This document shows positions 29,015 to 38,845 of a DNA stretch of 64,000 bases, one piece after another. The DNA comes from Verrucomicrobiota bacterium (GTDB taxonomy: Bacteria > Auribacterota > JABMQX01 > JAFGEW01). The stretch is from positions 28,310 through 92,309 of the forward strand of contig JAFGEW010000006.1 in NCBI GenBank assembly GCA_016931415.1. The letters are read 5' to 3'. Numbering within the stretch: the first letter of the stretch is position 1; each line of letters starts with the position of its first letter. The notes beneath the pieces were generated by a model that searched no databases, was not told where the DNA came from, and worked only from the letters and a program-made list of their open reading frames with translations. Made by a program: the position numbers and the translations under genes.

Positions 29015-29584
29015 GGGCAGCCTGGAAGCCTTCAGCAGAACTGGGGGTGTGGTGGCCCGGAATCAGGTTGCGGGTCTCAGCCCCGCGGTCCGTGTGCTGC
29101 GTCCCTTGTCCTTCAGCCCTCGTCCTTGCCTCGTCCGTGCCTTGAGCCGTGCACGCCTTGTGAGGATGGAGTCGCGGCGACCGAGGCACGCGTCATCCGC
29201 TGTGATGTTCGCCAACGCCCAATGATAGCACCTCTCGGCACAATGAGCCAGGGAGTCCGGGAGGTCTTTTCGACCTCGGCCACCGCTTGCAGGAAGCCTG
29301 GCTGCGCCAACCTTCAGCGCGCCGGGTGTCGGGGGCCTGTTGTGTGCTGCGGGCTTGCGGGTCGCAAGCCCTTTGCGCTGTCTTGTGGATGGCTTCGCCG
29401 CGCCGCGTCCAGCCCGGCGTTGACACCCCCTTGGCGATGTTGAAGAATCCGTGCCGACGCCGTGACGGACCACGCACCGAGAAGAGAAGGCGATATTGCG
29501 CTGGCCCATTCCGGCGGCCGCCGGGTCGTGCCGACGCGGCGAGGAGATAGCCGTGCCACGTTTCTTCGAGAGGGAGAGACTCGT

Positions 29585-29947
29585 ATGCCGGTGATCGATA
29601 GCGAGAGGAAGGACAGCATTCCGCCCGGCTGCCCGGTAAGCGCGTTCGGTGTGACCTCGTTCGGGGCGGGCGAAGAGATCACGATGCGCGACCATTTCCA
29701 CGACGCCGATGAGTTCTACTGGATCGCGTCGGGCCGCATGGTCGTGCGAGAGGAAGGTTGCGAGTTCGAAGTGCGCGCAGGCCAGGCGCTCTGGACGCCG
29801 ATGGGCGTAGAGCACGGGATTGCGCGCGTGCTCGAAGACACGACGATTGTCTGGAGCGAGATGCCCCTGCAAGGCAGGAAGCGCCCCGGCCACCTGCATC
29901 GCGGCGAGGACGGACCGAACACGGTGCCGATGGCCACGGACGACTGA
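29585..29947 (+). CDS. cupin domain protein
   Basis: Cupin_2 motifs HFHDADEFYWIASGRMVV...AGQALWTPMGVEHG. Start chosen at MPVIDSER. A longer upstream start (29462) is possible. Confidence 0.65.
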   Translation: MPVIDSERKDSIPPGCPVSAFGVTSFGAGEEITMRDHFHDADEFYWIASGRMVVREEGCEFEVRAGQALWTPMGVEHGIARVLEDTTIVWSEMPLQGRKRPGHLHRGEDGPNTVPMATDD

Positions 29948-29987
29948 CAAGGGACGCGTGGTCCGAGTCCGCGAAAGGAGGGCGGAG

Positions 29988-30632
29988 ATGATGAATGCAT
30001 ACGTACGACCGAGCGGCGGGCCGAGCGCGGCGTTCTACGTTGTCGGCGTGCTCGTGATTGTCGGGGGGATTGCCTTGGCCGTCGTGCCGTTCGTCCGGAC
30101 CATCCTCCACATTGGCGAGTGGCTCACGCCCGTGACCGTGCCCGGGACGCACGACATCGAGCTGACCGAGCCGGGCAAGTACACGATCTATCACGAGCAC
30201 CGGAGCGTTGTTGATGACAGGCCGCACTCGAGCATGGAGGGCAACCCCGGCGCGCTTGACTACCACCTGACGAGCAAGGCGACGGGCGCCGAGGTGGCGC
30301 TCTCGGTGCCGACCGCGAACGAGACGTACAGCTTCGGGCCGAGGTCGGGCGTCGCCATTCTTGTGTTCACTGTCGACACGGCCGGTGCCTACACGTTCGC
30401 CGCCACCTATCGTGAGGGACAGAGAGGACCCGACATGGTGTTCGCCTTCGGCCGGGGTGTACTGAAGCGGCTGTTCTCGGCAGTCCTCACGATGTTGGCT
30501 GTCGGGGGCGTGAGCGTGGTTGTCGGGGCAGTGATCATCGTCGTCACCGCCCTCAAGCGCAGCAAGGCCAGACGGCTGCCCGGGGCGCCTCCGCCGGTGC
30601 CATATCCGCCTTTCCAGGGCACCGGCCGGTAG
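29988..30632 (+). CDS. membrane protein, uncharacterised
   Basis: SD AAGGAGGG before ATG at 29988. N-terminal and C-terminal TM helices flank a Thr/Gly-rich soluble domain. Pro-rich tail. Confidence 0.6.
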   Translation: MMNAYVRPSGGPSAAFYVVGVLVIVGGIALAVVPFVRTILHIGEWLTPVTVPGTHDIELTEPGKYTIYHEHRSVVDDRPHSSMEGNPGALDYHLTSKATGAEVALSVPTANETYSFGPRSGVAILVFTVDTAGAYTFAATYREGQRGPDMVFAFGRGVLKRLFSAVLTMLAVGGVSVVVGAVIIVVTALKRSKARRLPGAPPPVPYPPFQGTGR

Positions 30633-30732
30633 CAGCGCGGCGCCCTGGCTGGGCGTTCAACCCGGTTGTCGATCTGATCGTTCAACAGTCGTGCCTCAAC
30701 AGCCAGCCGCATCATCGTCAAGGGAGCGCTCC

Positions 30733-32793
30733 ATGGCCGAGCCGGTTGACCGGATCGAGAACGAGGGTACCGGGGCGACGCGACGCCTCGTCCTGATCGC
30801 ACCCGTCATCTGCCTTGTGGCAATCCTCGCGCTGCACTTTGCGTTTCTGATGAGTCGGTTCGCGCCGGCGATCGCCACACCCGACGCGAACGGCTACTGG
30901 GCGCAGGGCAGCCTGCTGGCCACAACGGGCCGGACGTGGTTCGTGCCCGAGGCCGATACGCAGTACATCGGCATACACTGGCTCGTCACCGAGGACGGCC
31001 GGTACTTCAGCCGCTATCCGCCGGGGCTGGCCGTGCTTGCCGGGCTCGTCTACGGGACGCTCGGCGTCAAGGCGAGTGTGCTCATCAACCCCGTGCTGGC
31101 GACCCTGTCGCTCGTGGGTGTCTTTGTGCTCGTCAGGCGGCTCCTCGGACCGTGGTGGGCGCTTGTCGCCGTGGGCGTGCTCGCGGTCAACCCGGTCTTC
31201 AACCAGCAAGCGATCCAGTGCTTCGCGCACATGGCGGTCACTGCGCCGCTTGTGTGGGGCCTTGCGTTTCTCGCGTGGTGGTCGGATCGCGGCAAGCTAT
31301 GGCAGGTCTTCGTCGCGGGCTTGCTCTTCGGGTTCATCATCACTGTCCGGTATCCGGAGGCGCTGTTTGCGCTCGGCGTCTCCGTGTTCGTGCTCTGGCA
31401 CGCGCGCGAGCGGCCGCGGCTCTGGCTTCACGCCGCGTTGGGCGCTACCGGAGCGGCGGCGCCGATCGTGCCGCTGCTCGTGCGCAACCAGCTGGCCTTC
31501 GGCGCCTTCTACCGCACGGGGTACTCGCTGACGAACGAGCAGACCGGGTTCGGCTGGGACTACTTCCGGCAGCACTTCGTCGGCTACGTCCGCGGCCTCA
31601 ACAGCGACGGAGTCGGGCTGTTCTTCGCGCTCGGGGCGATCGGGATCGTGATGATGTGCGCCGTGCGTCGCTGGCGGCGTTACGGTGTGCTGCTCGCGCT
31701 GCTCGTCGTGCCGACGACGCTGCTCTACATGGCTTACTACTGGGGCGGCATGGGGATGGGTGGCGGCATGGGCGGCGGCATGACGATGCGCTTCCTGCTG
31801 CCCACGTTCGTCTGCTACGCCGTCGCGGGCACGTGGCTGCTCGCCTCCCTGACGCGCGAGTCGTCGACGGCGCTCAGGATTGCCGCGGTGGCCGTCGTGC
31901 TCCTGCTCCAGTTCGTCTGGGGTGCGCTCTATACGAACGACGAAGGCCGGCAGCTCCGCCACCAGAAAGAAGTGCTCGCGCGCGTGACCGATGCGCTCGA
32001 TGACAACGTCGAACGTGGCGACGTCGTCATCGCCAACGAGCAGATCCTCCAGCACCTCGATTTCGTGCGCCACTGGCGGCTTGTCGACCCGATGGCGCTC
32101 CGGCCGATCGGCGGAGCGATGAGATTCATGCCCGGCATGGGGCAGGACGCTGATTCCGACGAGCCGATGCCCATGCAGCGCGAGAAGCTCGCCGCTCGCC
32201 TCGAGAAGTACAAGGGTATGACACCGGTCGAGCAGGCGCAGGGGCTCGCCGCCGACGTAGACACGTGGGCGGGCGAGCACAAGGTCTACTTCGTCGGCCC
32301 CGAAGAGCAACTCTCCGGCCTGCGTGGGCCGTTCGCCGAGGGTACGTTCAAGATTGTCGCGCGGGTCAAGCTGCCCGGAGCGCCCGCGTTGGATCGGCCG
32401 TTCGGCGGGCCGGGGAATCCCGGTGGAATGCCCGGTGGGCCTGGTGGAATGCCCAGCGGTCCGGGCGGAATGCCCGGTGGCCCGGACGGCGTGCCCGGCC
32501 GTGCTGGCGGCGTGATGCCTCCTGATCTCGAACCCGGTGAGGTGGCAGGCGGTCCGCCGGAAGGTCGTGCCCCAGCCGACCGACCGGCCTTTCGGGACCG
32601 TGCTCCCGTCAACCGCCGGGGGAATCGCGCGTTGCGGCGAGGGGTCGGAGGAATGGGTGGCCGGGGTGGGCAGTACGGCGAGGAGATCGTCATTGCCGAG
32701 TGGGTCGGCCGCTCGCGGTCAACTGGACCAGCGGATCACAAGCCGAATGACGGACTCGAGCCCCTCGACGGCGCGCCGGGCTCAGCGCATTAG
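30733..32793 (+). CDS. GT39/ArnT-PMT-like membrane glycosyltransferase with Gly/Pro/Met-rich C-terminal tail
   Basis: Polytopic N-terminal domain resembling dolichyl-phosphate-mannose/4-amino-arabinose transferases (YPPGLAVLAGLVYGTLG...). SD AGGGAG before ATG at 30733. Internal GGMGMGGGMGGGM and C-terminal (GGMPGGP)n low-complexity repeats. Confidence 0.65.
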   Translation: MAEPVDRIENEGTGATRRLVLIAPVICLVAILALHFAFLMSRFAPAIATPDANGYWAQGSLLATTGRTWFVPEADTQYIGIHWLVTEDGRYFSRYPPGLAVLAGLVYGTLGVKASVLINPVLATLSLVGVFVLVRRLLGPWWALVAVGVLAVNPVFNQQAIQCFAHMAVTAPLVWGLAFLAWWSDRGKLWQVFVAGLLFGFIITVRYPEALFALGVSVFVLWHARERPRLWLHAALGATGAAAPIVPLLVRNQLAFGAFYRTGYSLTNEQTGFGWDYFRQHFVGYVRGLNSDGVGLFFALGAIGIVMMCAVRRWRRYGVLLALLVVPTTLLYMAYYWGGMGMGGGMGGGMTMRFLLPTFVCYAVAGTWLLASLTRESSTALRIAAVAVVLLLQFVWGALYTNDEGRQLRHQKEVLARVTDALDDNVERGDVVIANEQILQHLDFVRHWRLVDPMALRPIGGAMRFMPGMGQDADSDEPMPMQREKLAARLEKYKGMTPVEQAQGLAADVDTWAGEHKVYFVGPEEQLSGLRGPFAEGTFKIVARVKLPGAPALDRPFGGPGNPGGMPGGPGGMPSGPGGMPGGPDGVPGRAGGVMPPDLEPGEVAGGPPEGRAPADRPAFRDRAPVNRRGNRALRRGVGGMGGRGGQYGEEIVIAEWVGRSRSTGPADHKPNDGLEPLDGAPGSAH

Positions 32794-33569
32794 GGTGCAA
32801 CGAGTTCGAGTGTGGCCGACACGAAGTAGTGGTCGCTCGGGTACCGGCCTTCGTGGGAATCCCTGATGATCTCGGCGTCGAGAACTCGGACGTTGCCGCG
32901 GGTGAAGATCCAGTCGATCCTGCCCAGATCGGAGGCGTGGGCAGGCCCGAGGAACTCGTGGAGGGTGGGGCCGGGGTCGTCGGGCCCGTGGACGGCTTCG
33001 TAGGTATCGCGCCAGCCGGCCTGTCTGAGGATACCGATGGCTGGGTTCCGGGCGTCGCAGTTCATGTCGCCGGTGAGAATCTGCGGGTAGGCGTCGTCGA
33101 AGGCGCGGGCATCTTCGGCGAGGAGGCGAGCCTGGTTTTCGCGCGCGGGCTGGCTGACGTGATCGAGGTGCGTGTTGACGATGCGCAGTTCGCGGCCCGA
33201 GGCGCGTTCCTCGATCGTGACCCAGTTGGCGAGCCGGACGTCGGCGCTTGCCCACGACGAAGAGCCCGGCACGTGGGGCGTCTCGGAAAGCCAGTAGCCG
33301 CCGGACGAAGTCACAACGAAAACCTCGCGCCGGGTGAAAACGGCGTTAGGCACATCGCGGCTGCCGGGCGCGCGCATCGTGCCGTTCCAGTCGTAGCCCG
33401 GGAACGCCTCGCGCAGCTCGACGAGCTGGTCGCGCATCATTTCCTGGAAGCAGATGACATCGGGCGCGCGCGAGGCGATCGCGTCGAAGCAGAGCGCCTT
33501 GCGATGCGGCCAATCGTTCTCTCCGTCGGGTGCGGCCGAGTAGCGGATGTTGCAGGTCATCACGAGCAT
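32790..33569 (-). CDS. endonuclease/exonuclease/phosphatase (EEP) family protein
   Basis: Motifs MTCNIRY, VICFQE, IVNTHLDH, GDMNCD, DHYFVSATL characteristic of the EEP fold. Confidence 0.85.
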   Translation of the reverse strand: MLVMTCNIRYSAAPDGENDWPHRKALCFDAIASRAPDVICFQEMMRDQLVELREAFPGYDWNGTMRAPGSRDVPNAVFTRREVFVVTSSGGYWLSETPHVPGSSSWASADVRLANWVTIEERASGRELRIVNTHLDHVSQPARENQARLLAEDARAFDDAYPQILTGDMNCDARNPAIGILRQAGWRDTYEAVHGPDDPGPTLHEFLGPAHASDLGRIDWIFTRGNVRVLDAEIIRDSHEGRYPSDHYFVSATLELVAP

Positions 33570-33584
33570 GAGGGCGCCGCCTTC

Positions 33585-34655
33585 CTACTCGTACGAGCCG
33601 AGTTCCTTGGCGAGCGCGACGAGGCGGCCGAAGTCCTCGAGGCTGATGCTCGACGGCACCGAGTGGTCTGACGAGAAGATGTAGCCGCCGGACTCCTTCA
33701 GGACGGGCAGCACTTGGCGGACCTGGGCTTCGATCGCCTCGAAGTCGTCATAGAGCAGGGCGTTGATCCCGCCGTGGAGTACGAGCCGGTCACCGTAGGT
33801 GCGCTTGAGGTGGACGGGGTCCATGCCGGCCTTGACTTCGAGCGGGTTGAGGGCGTCGAGGCCGATCTCGAGCAGCTCGGGCACGAACGGATTGATGTCG
33901 CCGCAGGAGTGGAGGTGGGCCTTGATGCCGTGGGCGTGCGCCCAGTCGATGGCGCGCTTCTGCACGGGCTTGAGCACGGCGCGGTAGATGTCGGACGAGA
34001 AGAACTGCGCGTGTTTGTAGCCCATGTCGTCGGGCCACGTGACGCAGTCGAACGTGTAGCCCGCGTCCCAGACCATCTCGAGGAGCGCGAGGTTGACGTC
34101 CAGGTAGTGGTTGAACATGTCGCTCATCCACTCGGGGTCGGTGAGCAGCGCCACGAGCACTCGCTCAGTGCCGACCGTCCAGGAATGAGTCACGTCGAAG
34201 CCGAACCAGAGGCCCGCCTGGATCCAGCAGCCCTCCTTGCGCCAGCGTGTGTAGTGCTTCTTGAGATAGCTCCAGTCGATCCGGTCGCGCGTGGGCATCA
34301 TGCGCGCCTTGGCCGCGCGCCAGGAGTCGGGGTCGGTGATCGTGAAGGCGAGGAACTCGGGCGTCGAGGCGGCATGCTTCCAGTTCTTCATCGTCGCGCC
34401 CCAGCGGCTCGTTTCGATGCGGTACTCGTCGGTCTCCTCGATCACCTTCCGCTCGTAGCGAGGGCTCGTGTCGACGTGGATGCCGGCGACGCGGTCCAGG
34501 TCGAGGTAGTCGACGAAACTCACGTCACTCGGCAACCCCTCGTGCCGCCAGCGCTCGATGGTAGCCTCCCACGGGCCGTCGATGATCGGGATGCGGTCGG
34601 CCGCGCGGTGCTCGTACATGCGCTTGAAGCGCTCGTGTGACGTCAAGGCTTTCAT
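33585..34655 (-). CDS. uroporphyrinogen decarboxylase (URO-D) family protein / MtaA-like methyltransferase
   Basis: 356 aa TIM-barrel URO-D pattern (HLHSCGDINPFVPELLEIGLDALNPLE...GGYIFSSDHSVP). Confidence 0.7.
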   Translation of the reverse strand: MKALTSHERFKRMYEHRAADRIPIIDGPWEATIERWRHEGLPSDVSFVDYLDLDRVAGIHVDTSPRYERKVIEETDEYRIETSRWGATMKNWKHAASTPEFLAFTITDPDSWRAAKARMMPTRDRIDWSYLKKHYTRWRKEGCWIQAGLWFGFDVTHSWTVGTERVLVALLTDPEWMSDMFNHYLDVNLALLEMVWDAGYTFDCVTWPDDMGYKHAQFFSSDIYRAVLKPVQKRAIDWAHAHGIKAHLHSCGDINPFVPELLEIGLDALNPLEVKAGMDPVHLKRTYGDRLVLHGGINALLYDDFEAIEAQVRQVLPVLKESGGYIFSSDHSVPSSISLEDFGRLVALAKELGSYE

Positions 34656-34667
34656 GATGCTCGGCAG

Positions 34668-35615
34668 CTACTCGCGGAAGTTGAGGCGCTCCTTGGCTTT
34701 GACGAGCATGGCGATGTGCTCGTTGATGGGCGTCGGGACCTTGTGCTTCTTGCCGAGCGCGGCGACGGCGCCATTGAGGTGATCGATCTCGGTGAGATGG
34801 CCGTGGCGGATGCGCTGGAGCATCGAGGGATAATGGGCGCTCGTGACGGGGATTAGCTTCTTGAACAGGCGCTGCACGTAGCCTTGGGCTGTGGTCGGAT
34901 CGAGCTCGACTTTCTTCTTCTTGGCCACTGCGTAAATCTCCTCGACGATGGCCTTCATGAGCTCCTTCGTCTCGGGCGTGAGCAGGAGCTTGCCGTATGG
35001 GATGTCGAGCAGTGTGGCCAAGCCGTTGAGCGCGCAGTTGTAGGTGAGCTTGTCCCAGAGGTGGCGCTCGATGTCCGGCACGGCCTTTGCCTTGATGCCG
35101 CACTCGGTGAACGCGGCGGCGACTGTCTCGGCTCGTTCGAGCGACTTGGTCCTGCCGGCCTCACCAATGAGCACGTCTTCGGCACTCACGGTGACCGTGG
35201 CGACGCCGGGGGTCAGCTCGGCGCCGAAGATGACGCGGCCGGCCATGATCTGGCCAAGAGGGATCTCCGCGGCGAGCGCCTCGATGTTGCCGTAGCCGTT
35301 CTGGAGCGAGAGCACCACGGCGTGGTCCTTGGCGATGCGTTTGATCTCCTTGGCGGCCGCGACGGTCTCGTTCGCGGTGACCGTGCAGAGGATAAGGTCG
35401 TAGGGCGGCCTGCGGCCCCGCAGCGGCTTGGCCTCGGTGGAGAGCTCGAACCGGTTGAACGAATGAGTGCCCCAGATGCCGTTGACTTGTAGGCCGAGGC
35501 GCTTGATCTCCTGGAGGTGCCAGGGGCGGCCGAGTAGTGTCACGGTGTGCTTGCGAGACAGGAAACCGCCAAAGACGCTGCCGATGGCGCCGGCACCGAA
35601 AACGAGAATCTCCAT
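34668..35615 (-). CDS. panE: 2-dehydropantoate 2-reductase (ketopantoate reductase) family
   Basis: N-terminal Rossmann MEILVFGAGAIGSVFGGFLS, ApbA/PanE C-terminal helical domain. Confidence 0.8.
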   Translation of the reverse strand: MEILVFGAGAIGSVFGGFLSRKHTVTLLGRPWHLQEIKRLGLQVNGIWGTHSFNRFELSTEAKPLRGRRPPYDLILCTVTANETVAAAKEIKRIAKDHAVVLSLQNGYGNIEALAAEIPLGQIMAGRVIFGAELTPGVATVTVSAEDVLIGEAGRTKSLERAETVAAAFTECGIKAKAVPDIERHLWDKLTYNCALNGLATLLDIPYGKLLLTPETKELMKAIVEEIYAVAKKKKVELDPTTAQGYVQRLFKKLIPVTSAHYPSMLQRIRHGHLTEIDHLNGAVAALGKKHKVPTPINEHIAMLVKAKERLNFRE

Positions 35616-35652
35616 TGCTGGCCCTCTTCTGTCGGCGGACGACGGGTCCGTG

Positions 35653-37116
35653 ATGCGCGGGTCCGTATCTCAGGCGTTCGAAGCGAGCATCCCGCGTTCT
35701 GGGCGAAGGTTTGACACCTTCTCAGCCGTTGAGTATAGTGCGCGCGTTGTCCGGGGCGAAAGGAAATTCGCGTTGCGTGACCAAGTCAGGAAACTGATCC
35801 GCAGCCGGGACCTCTACGCGTTCCTTACCACGCTCGATGTGCTCCAGCGCCGCGCGGTGCCGCTCGACGATATTGTGCGCGAGGCCGCATGCGCCTTGGG
35901 CGAGGTGCTCATCCAGGACGAGTATCCGAAGGCGGTGCCGCATGGGCTGATGGGCCTGGTCGGTGCGTGGCAGGCAACGCAGTATGTTCCACACGAGGAG
36001 CGGCTCAAGCCGTTGGCGCAGGCGCTCTGGTACGCGGCGACCGAGAAGAAGCACGATCCCGTCCGGCTCGACCGGATCAAGGCGTCGGGCTACGGCAGCC
36101 CGTCGCACCGGCTCCGGAGCTTCGACCACGCGCTCGAACGCCACCATCCGCGCAAGGCGTTCTCGCTGTTCCAGGGCTTCGTGCGCAACCCGAAGCAGCG
36201 ATACATCATCCGCGATCGCGTGCTGCTCGAGGCGCTCGACGACACGAGCCACCTCGGCCACAAGCTCATCTCCTACGCCAAGGTGTGGCAGCTTGCGCTC
36301 GGGCTTGGCTTCGAACGCACGGCGCCGGCGTTCTTCCCGGCGCTGCACCTGACCATGCTCGGCGCGCCCGAACACGATGTCAGCCGGCATGTGCGCGAAC
36401 GGCTCGATGGCGCTAAGATCGACCTCAAGCCGTTCGCGCGCCAGCGCGGCGACCTCGGCCCGAAGGAGGCGGACGCGTTCGAGACGCAGATCCTGTGGGA
36501 CACCGACGACGCGAAGCTCGTCGAGACGATCGCCAAGCTGTTCGCCGAGGGATTCGGTGTGCGGAGTATCCTCGACGCCGTGCTTGTGGCGGCGGCGCGG
36601 TCGGTGGTCAACGCCGAGGCCGAGCGCTGGATGCTCGCCGTGCACGGGTTCAACTACGCGAGCGAGTGCCGGTTCGTCACGCGCTCGTCGCGCAATCCTC
36701 GGCGGCTCATGGCGGCGTTCATGGCGGCGCTGTTTGTGCGGCGCCTGGCGCGCCAGAGCACGAAGGGTGGCGAGAACCGTGACCCGCTCGCCGGGACGAA
36801 GCTGCCGGGAAGCACCGACCCGATCACGACGCTCAACCATGCCATCCTCATCTCGAATCCGCCCGAGGCGGCGCGCTGCGTCGAGGCGGCGCTCGATCGC
36901 GGACGGGCCGATGAGCTTTATGCGCAGCTCGTGCTGACGTGCGCGATGAACGACGGCACGCAGGCGTTCGGCCACGACATCAAGATGGCCGCCAACGCCA
37001 TCGATGCCTACACGTTCTCGCTTTCGCCCAACAAGACCGTGCTCCTCGAGGCGCTCGCCTGGTTCCTCGCCACGCTCACCAAAGGCCACACCGTCCACCG
37101 CGAGCTGTGGGCATAG
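35653..37116 (+). CDS. hypothetical protein (alpha-helical, no recognised motif)
   Basis: Long ORF in a consistent coding frame. Start set at the first ATG that does not overlap panE. The start is uncertain. Confidence 0.5.
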   Translation: MRGSVSQAFEASIPRSGRRFDTFSAVEYSARVVRGERKFALRDQVRKLIRSRDLYAFLTTLDVLQRRAVPLDDIVREAACALGEVLIQDEYPKAVPHGLMGLVGAWQATQYVPHEERLKPLAQALWYAATEKKHDPVRLDRIKASGYGSPSHRLRSFDHALERHHPRKAFSLFQGFVRNPKQRYIIRDRVLLEALDDTSHLGHKLISYAKVWQLALGLGFERTAPAFFPALHLTMLGAPEHDVSRHVRERLDGAKIDLKPFARQRGDLGPKEADAFETQILWDTDDAKLVETIAKLFAEGFGVRSILDAVLVAAARSVVNAEAERWMLAVHGFNYASECRFVTRSSRNPRRLMAAFMAALFVRRLARQSTKGGENRDPLAGTKLPGSTDPITTLNHAILISNPPEAARCVEAALDRGRADELYAQLVLTCAMNDGTQAFGHDIKMAANAIDAYTFSLSPNKTVLLEALAWFLATLTKGHTVHRELWA

Positions 37117-37188
37117 CAGGCACCGAGAGTACCGGTCACACGGATTGCAGGGACGCATGCAGCACCAGGCCGTGCTCGCCGGGGGGCG

Positions 37189-37216
37189 ACAACAAAAGCT
37201 TCGCCCCCGGAGGGCC
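37189..37216. terminator. 12-bp GC hairpin, likely bidirectional intrinsic terminator
   Basis: cttcgcccccgg-aggg-ccgggggcgaag between convergent genes. Preceded on the plus strand by caacaaaag, which is a U-tract for the minus-strand gene. Confidence 0.5.
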
Positions 37217-37261
37217 GGGGGCGAAGGTTCACTGCGCGCGCCGTCAGGGCGGTCGAGCGGG

Positions 37262-37858
37262 TTACTCGATATCCATCTCGATGTCGATATCCACCGGCGG
37301 GACCTCTGCGGGTCCCGTCACGCTGTAGCTGGTGAGCGCCATCGCCACGGTGGTCGTCTCTCCCTCGACGGTTGACTCGGTTATCGACTTGACCGTGCCG
37401 CCTGGAACAGTGCTGCACGTCCACACGGTCGTGGTGGCCTCGTCGCTCGTGGTCTTGGTGCACGAGACGATGAGCTCCTCATCGCCGACCTGGATGGTCT
37501 CCTTGCCTTGGGCGACGGCCTCCGGGGCCTCGGCCGGCTTCTCGATGCTGGCCGGGCACTCGATCGTCTGGGTCACCGTCTCCTCTTCGCCCTCGTCGGA
37601 GGCCGTGACGGTCTCGAGCGTGAGCACGACCTTGTCCTCGGTCGCTTCCTCGAGCGTGTAGGTCAGCGTGACTTCGGCGATGACGTCGCCGGCCGTGGTG
37701 GTGCAGGTATAGGTGGCTGAGCTGCCGGGCTCGAAGCCCGCCCAGCTCTGGTAGACGGGGTTATCCACCATCTCGGTCTCGCCGGCCATCTCGTCGCCGG
37801 CCAGGACCACGGCTGGAATCAGGGTGAGTGCGCAAAGGACCAGAATGCTCCGCAACAT
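37262..37858 (-). CDS. secreted Thr/Glu-rich protein, uncharacterised
   Basis: Signal peptide MLRSILVLCALTLIPAVVLAG. SD AAGGAG upstream. Acidic T/E/V-rich mature part with 4 Cys. Confidence 0.7.
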   Translation of the reverse strand: MLRSILVLCALTLIPAVVLAGDEMAGETEMVDNPVYQSWAGFEPGSSATYTCTTTAGDVIAEVTLTYTLEEATEDKVVLTLETVTASDEGEEETVTQTIECPASIEKPAEAPEAVAQGKETIQVGDEELIVSCTKTTSDEATTTVWTCSTVPGGTVKSITESTVEGETTTVAMALTSYSVTGPAEVPPVDIDIEMDIE

Positions 37859-38347
37859 GGATATTGCTCCTTGACTAGCGAATCGTCGTCTTGTTGTTCT
37901 GATCGGTCTGGGTCGTTCCGCCGGTCGCCGATCACGGCGGCGGACAGTAACGCAGCGCTTCCGTGTGTGCTGCCCTTCCTTCCCATGGTCTTCGACTCAT
38001 GCCCCTTCTCGGTCGAAGCCGGTTTGTGATCTGCATGGGCTTGCGCATGCGGCGTCGCCCATGAATGACCTTGGGGCCACCGCTGCAGTCAGCGGGAAAA
38101 GGGATGCGGCACGTGGGCCGTTACTTTGGCGGGGGATGAACGATGATGGTGTGTGTGCTCATAGCCATGACCCGAACTGCTTGATCGGGTCAAGCGCCTC
38201 CAGTGCGACCTGCCGACAAGACAGAAATATCACACAAGTCGCCGCGCCACACAAGTACAGAATGGACCGCGCCGCTAAGTCGGGGGGGGGTGCGGTTGCT
38301 GCGCAAGACACGTTTTACGAGGTGGTTATGCGAGGACGTCCGCCGCG

Positions 38348-38845
38348 CTATTCGAGCGCCTCGTACAGCGCGCTGGCGCGTTCTTCGTCTTTGACGACAA
38401 GGATCTGGCACTTGGCGCGGCGGAGCATCTGCTCCTTGGGGTCGAGGAAGGTCTCGCGGCGGCTGGTGAACTCCTCGATCGCGTTTACGACGAGCAGGTC
38501 GATGCCGAGTGCCTCGAGTTGTTTGCTGATCTCGTGCGCGGGCTCGCCTTTGAGCAGGATGGGGGTGATTTCGACACCCTTGGCGCGACCGAGCTGGCGG
38601 ACGTGGTTGAGGTAGCGTTTGCCGTCCTCCTCGAGATCGTACTCGTAGTCGGCGGCCTCGGCCTTGATGAAGATGCGGACGCGCATCAAGTCGTCGAGCA
38701 CCTTGGTGTCGACGACGTAGGCGGCCCAGAGGGGGGCGGCGTGGAGCTTGGCCGTGACGATGGCGTACTCGGCGGCGGTGATCGAGGTGTCGCTGCCGTC
38801 GATGTAGACGAGGATCCTGTTGACGGTCCTGAGTTGCTCAGGCAT
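38348..38845 (-). CDS. universal stress protein (UspA family)
   Basis: 165 aa. ILVYIDGSDTS...LLVVNA...CQILVV Usp alpha/beta fold pattern. Confidence 0.8.
   Translation of the reverse strand: MPEQLRTVNRILVYIDGSDTSITAAEYAIVTAKLHAAPLWAAYVVDTKVLDDLMRVRIFIKAEAADYEYDLEEDGKRYLNHVRQLGRAKGVEITPILLKGEPAHEISKQLEALGIDLLVVNAIEEFTSRRETFLDPKEQMLRRAKCQILVVKDEERASALYEALE

Noticed and set aside
29063-29950. 295-aa minus-strand ORF in the HerA-like/cupin divergent region
   Set aside because: Arg-rich, overlaps the cupin gene antisense. Region is more likely a divergent promoter.
35722-37158. 478-aa minus-strand ORF opposite the 35653-37116 hypothetical gene
   Set aside because: Extreme Arg/Glu/Leu bias and lack of start context. 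The plus-strand frame looks more protein-like, though this call is only moderately confident.
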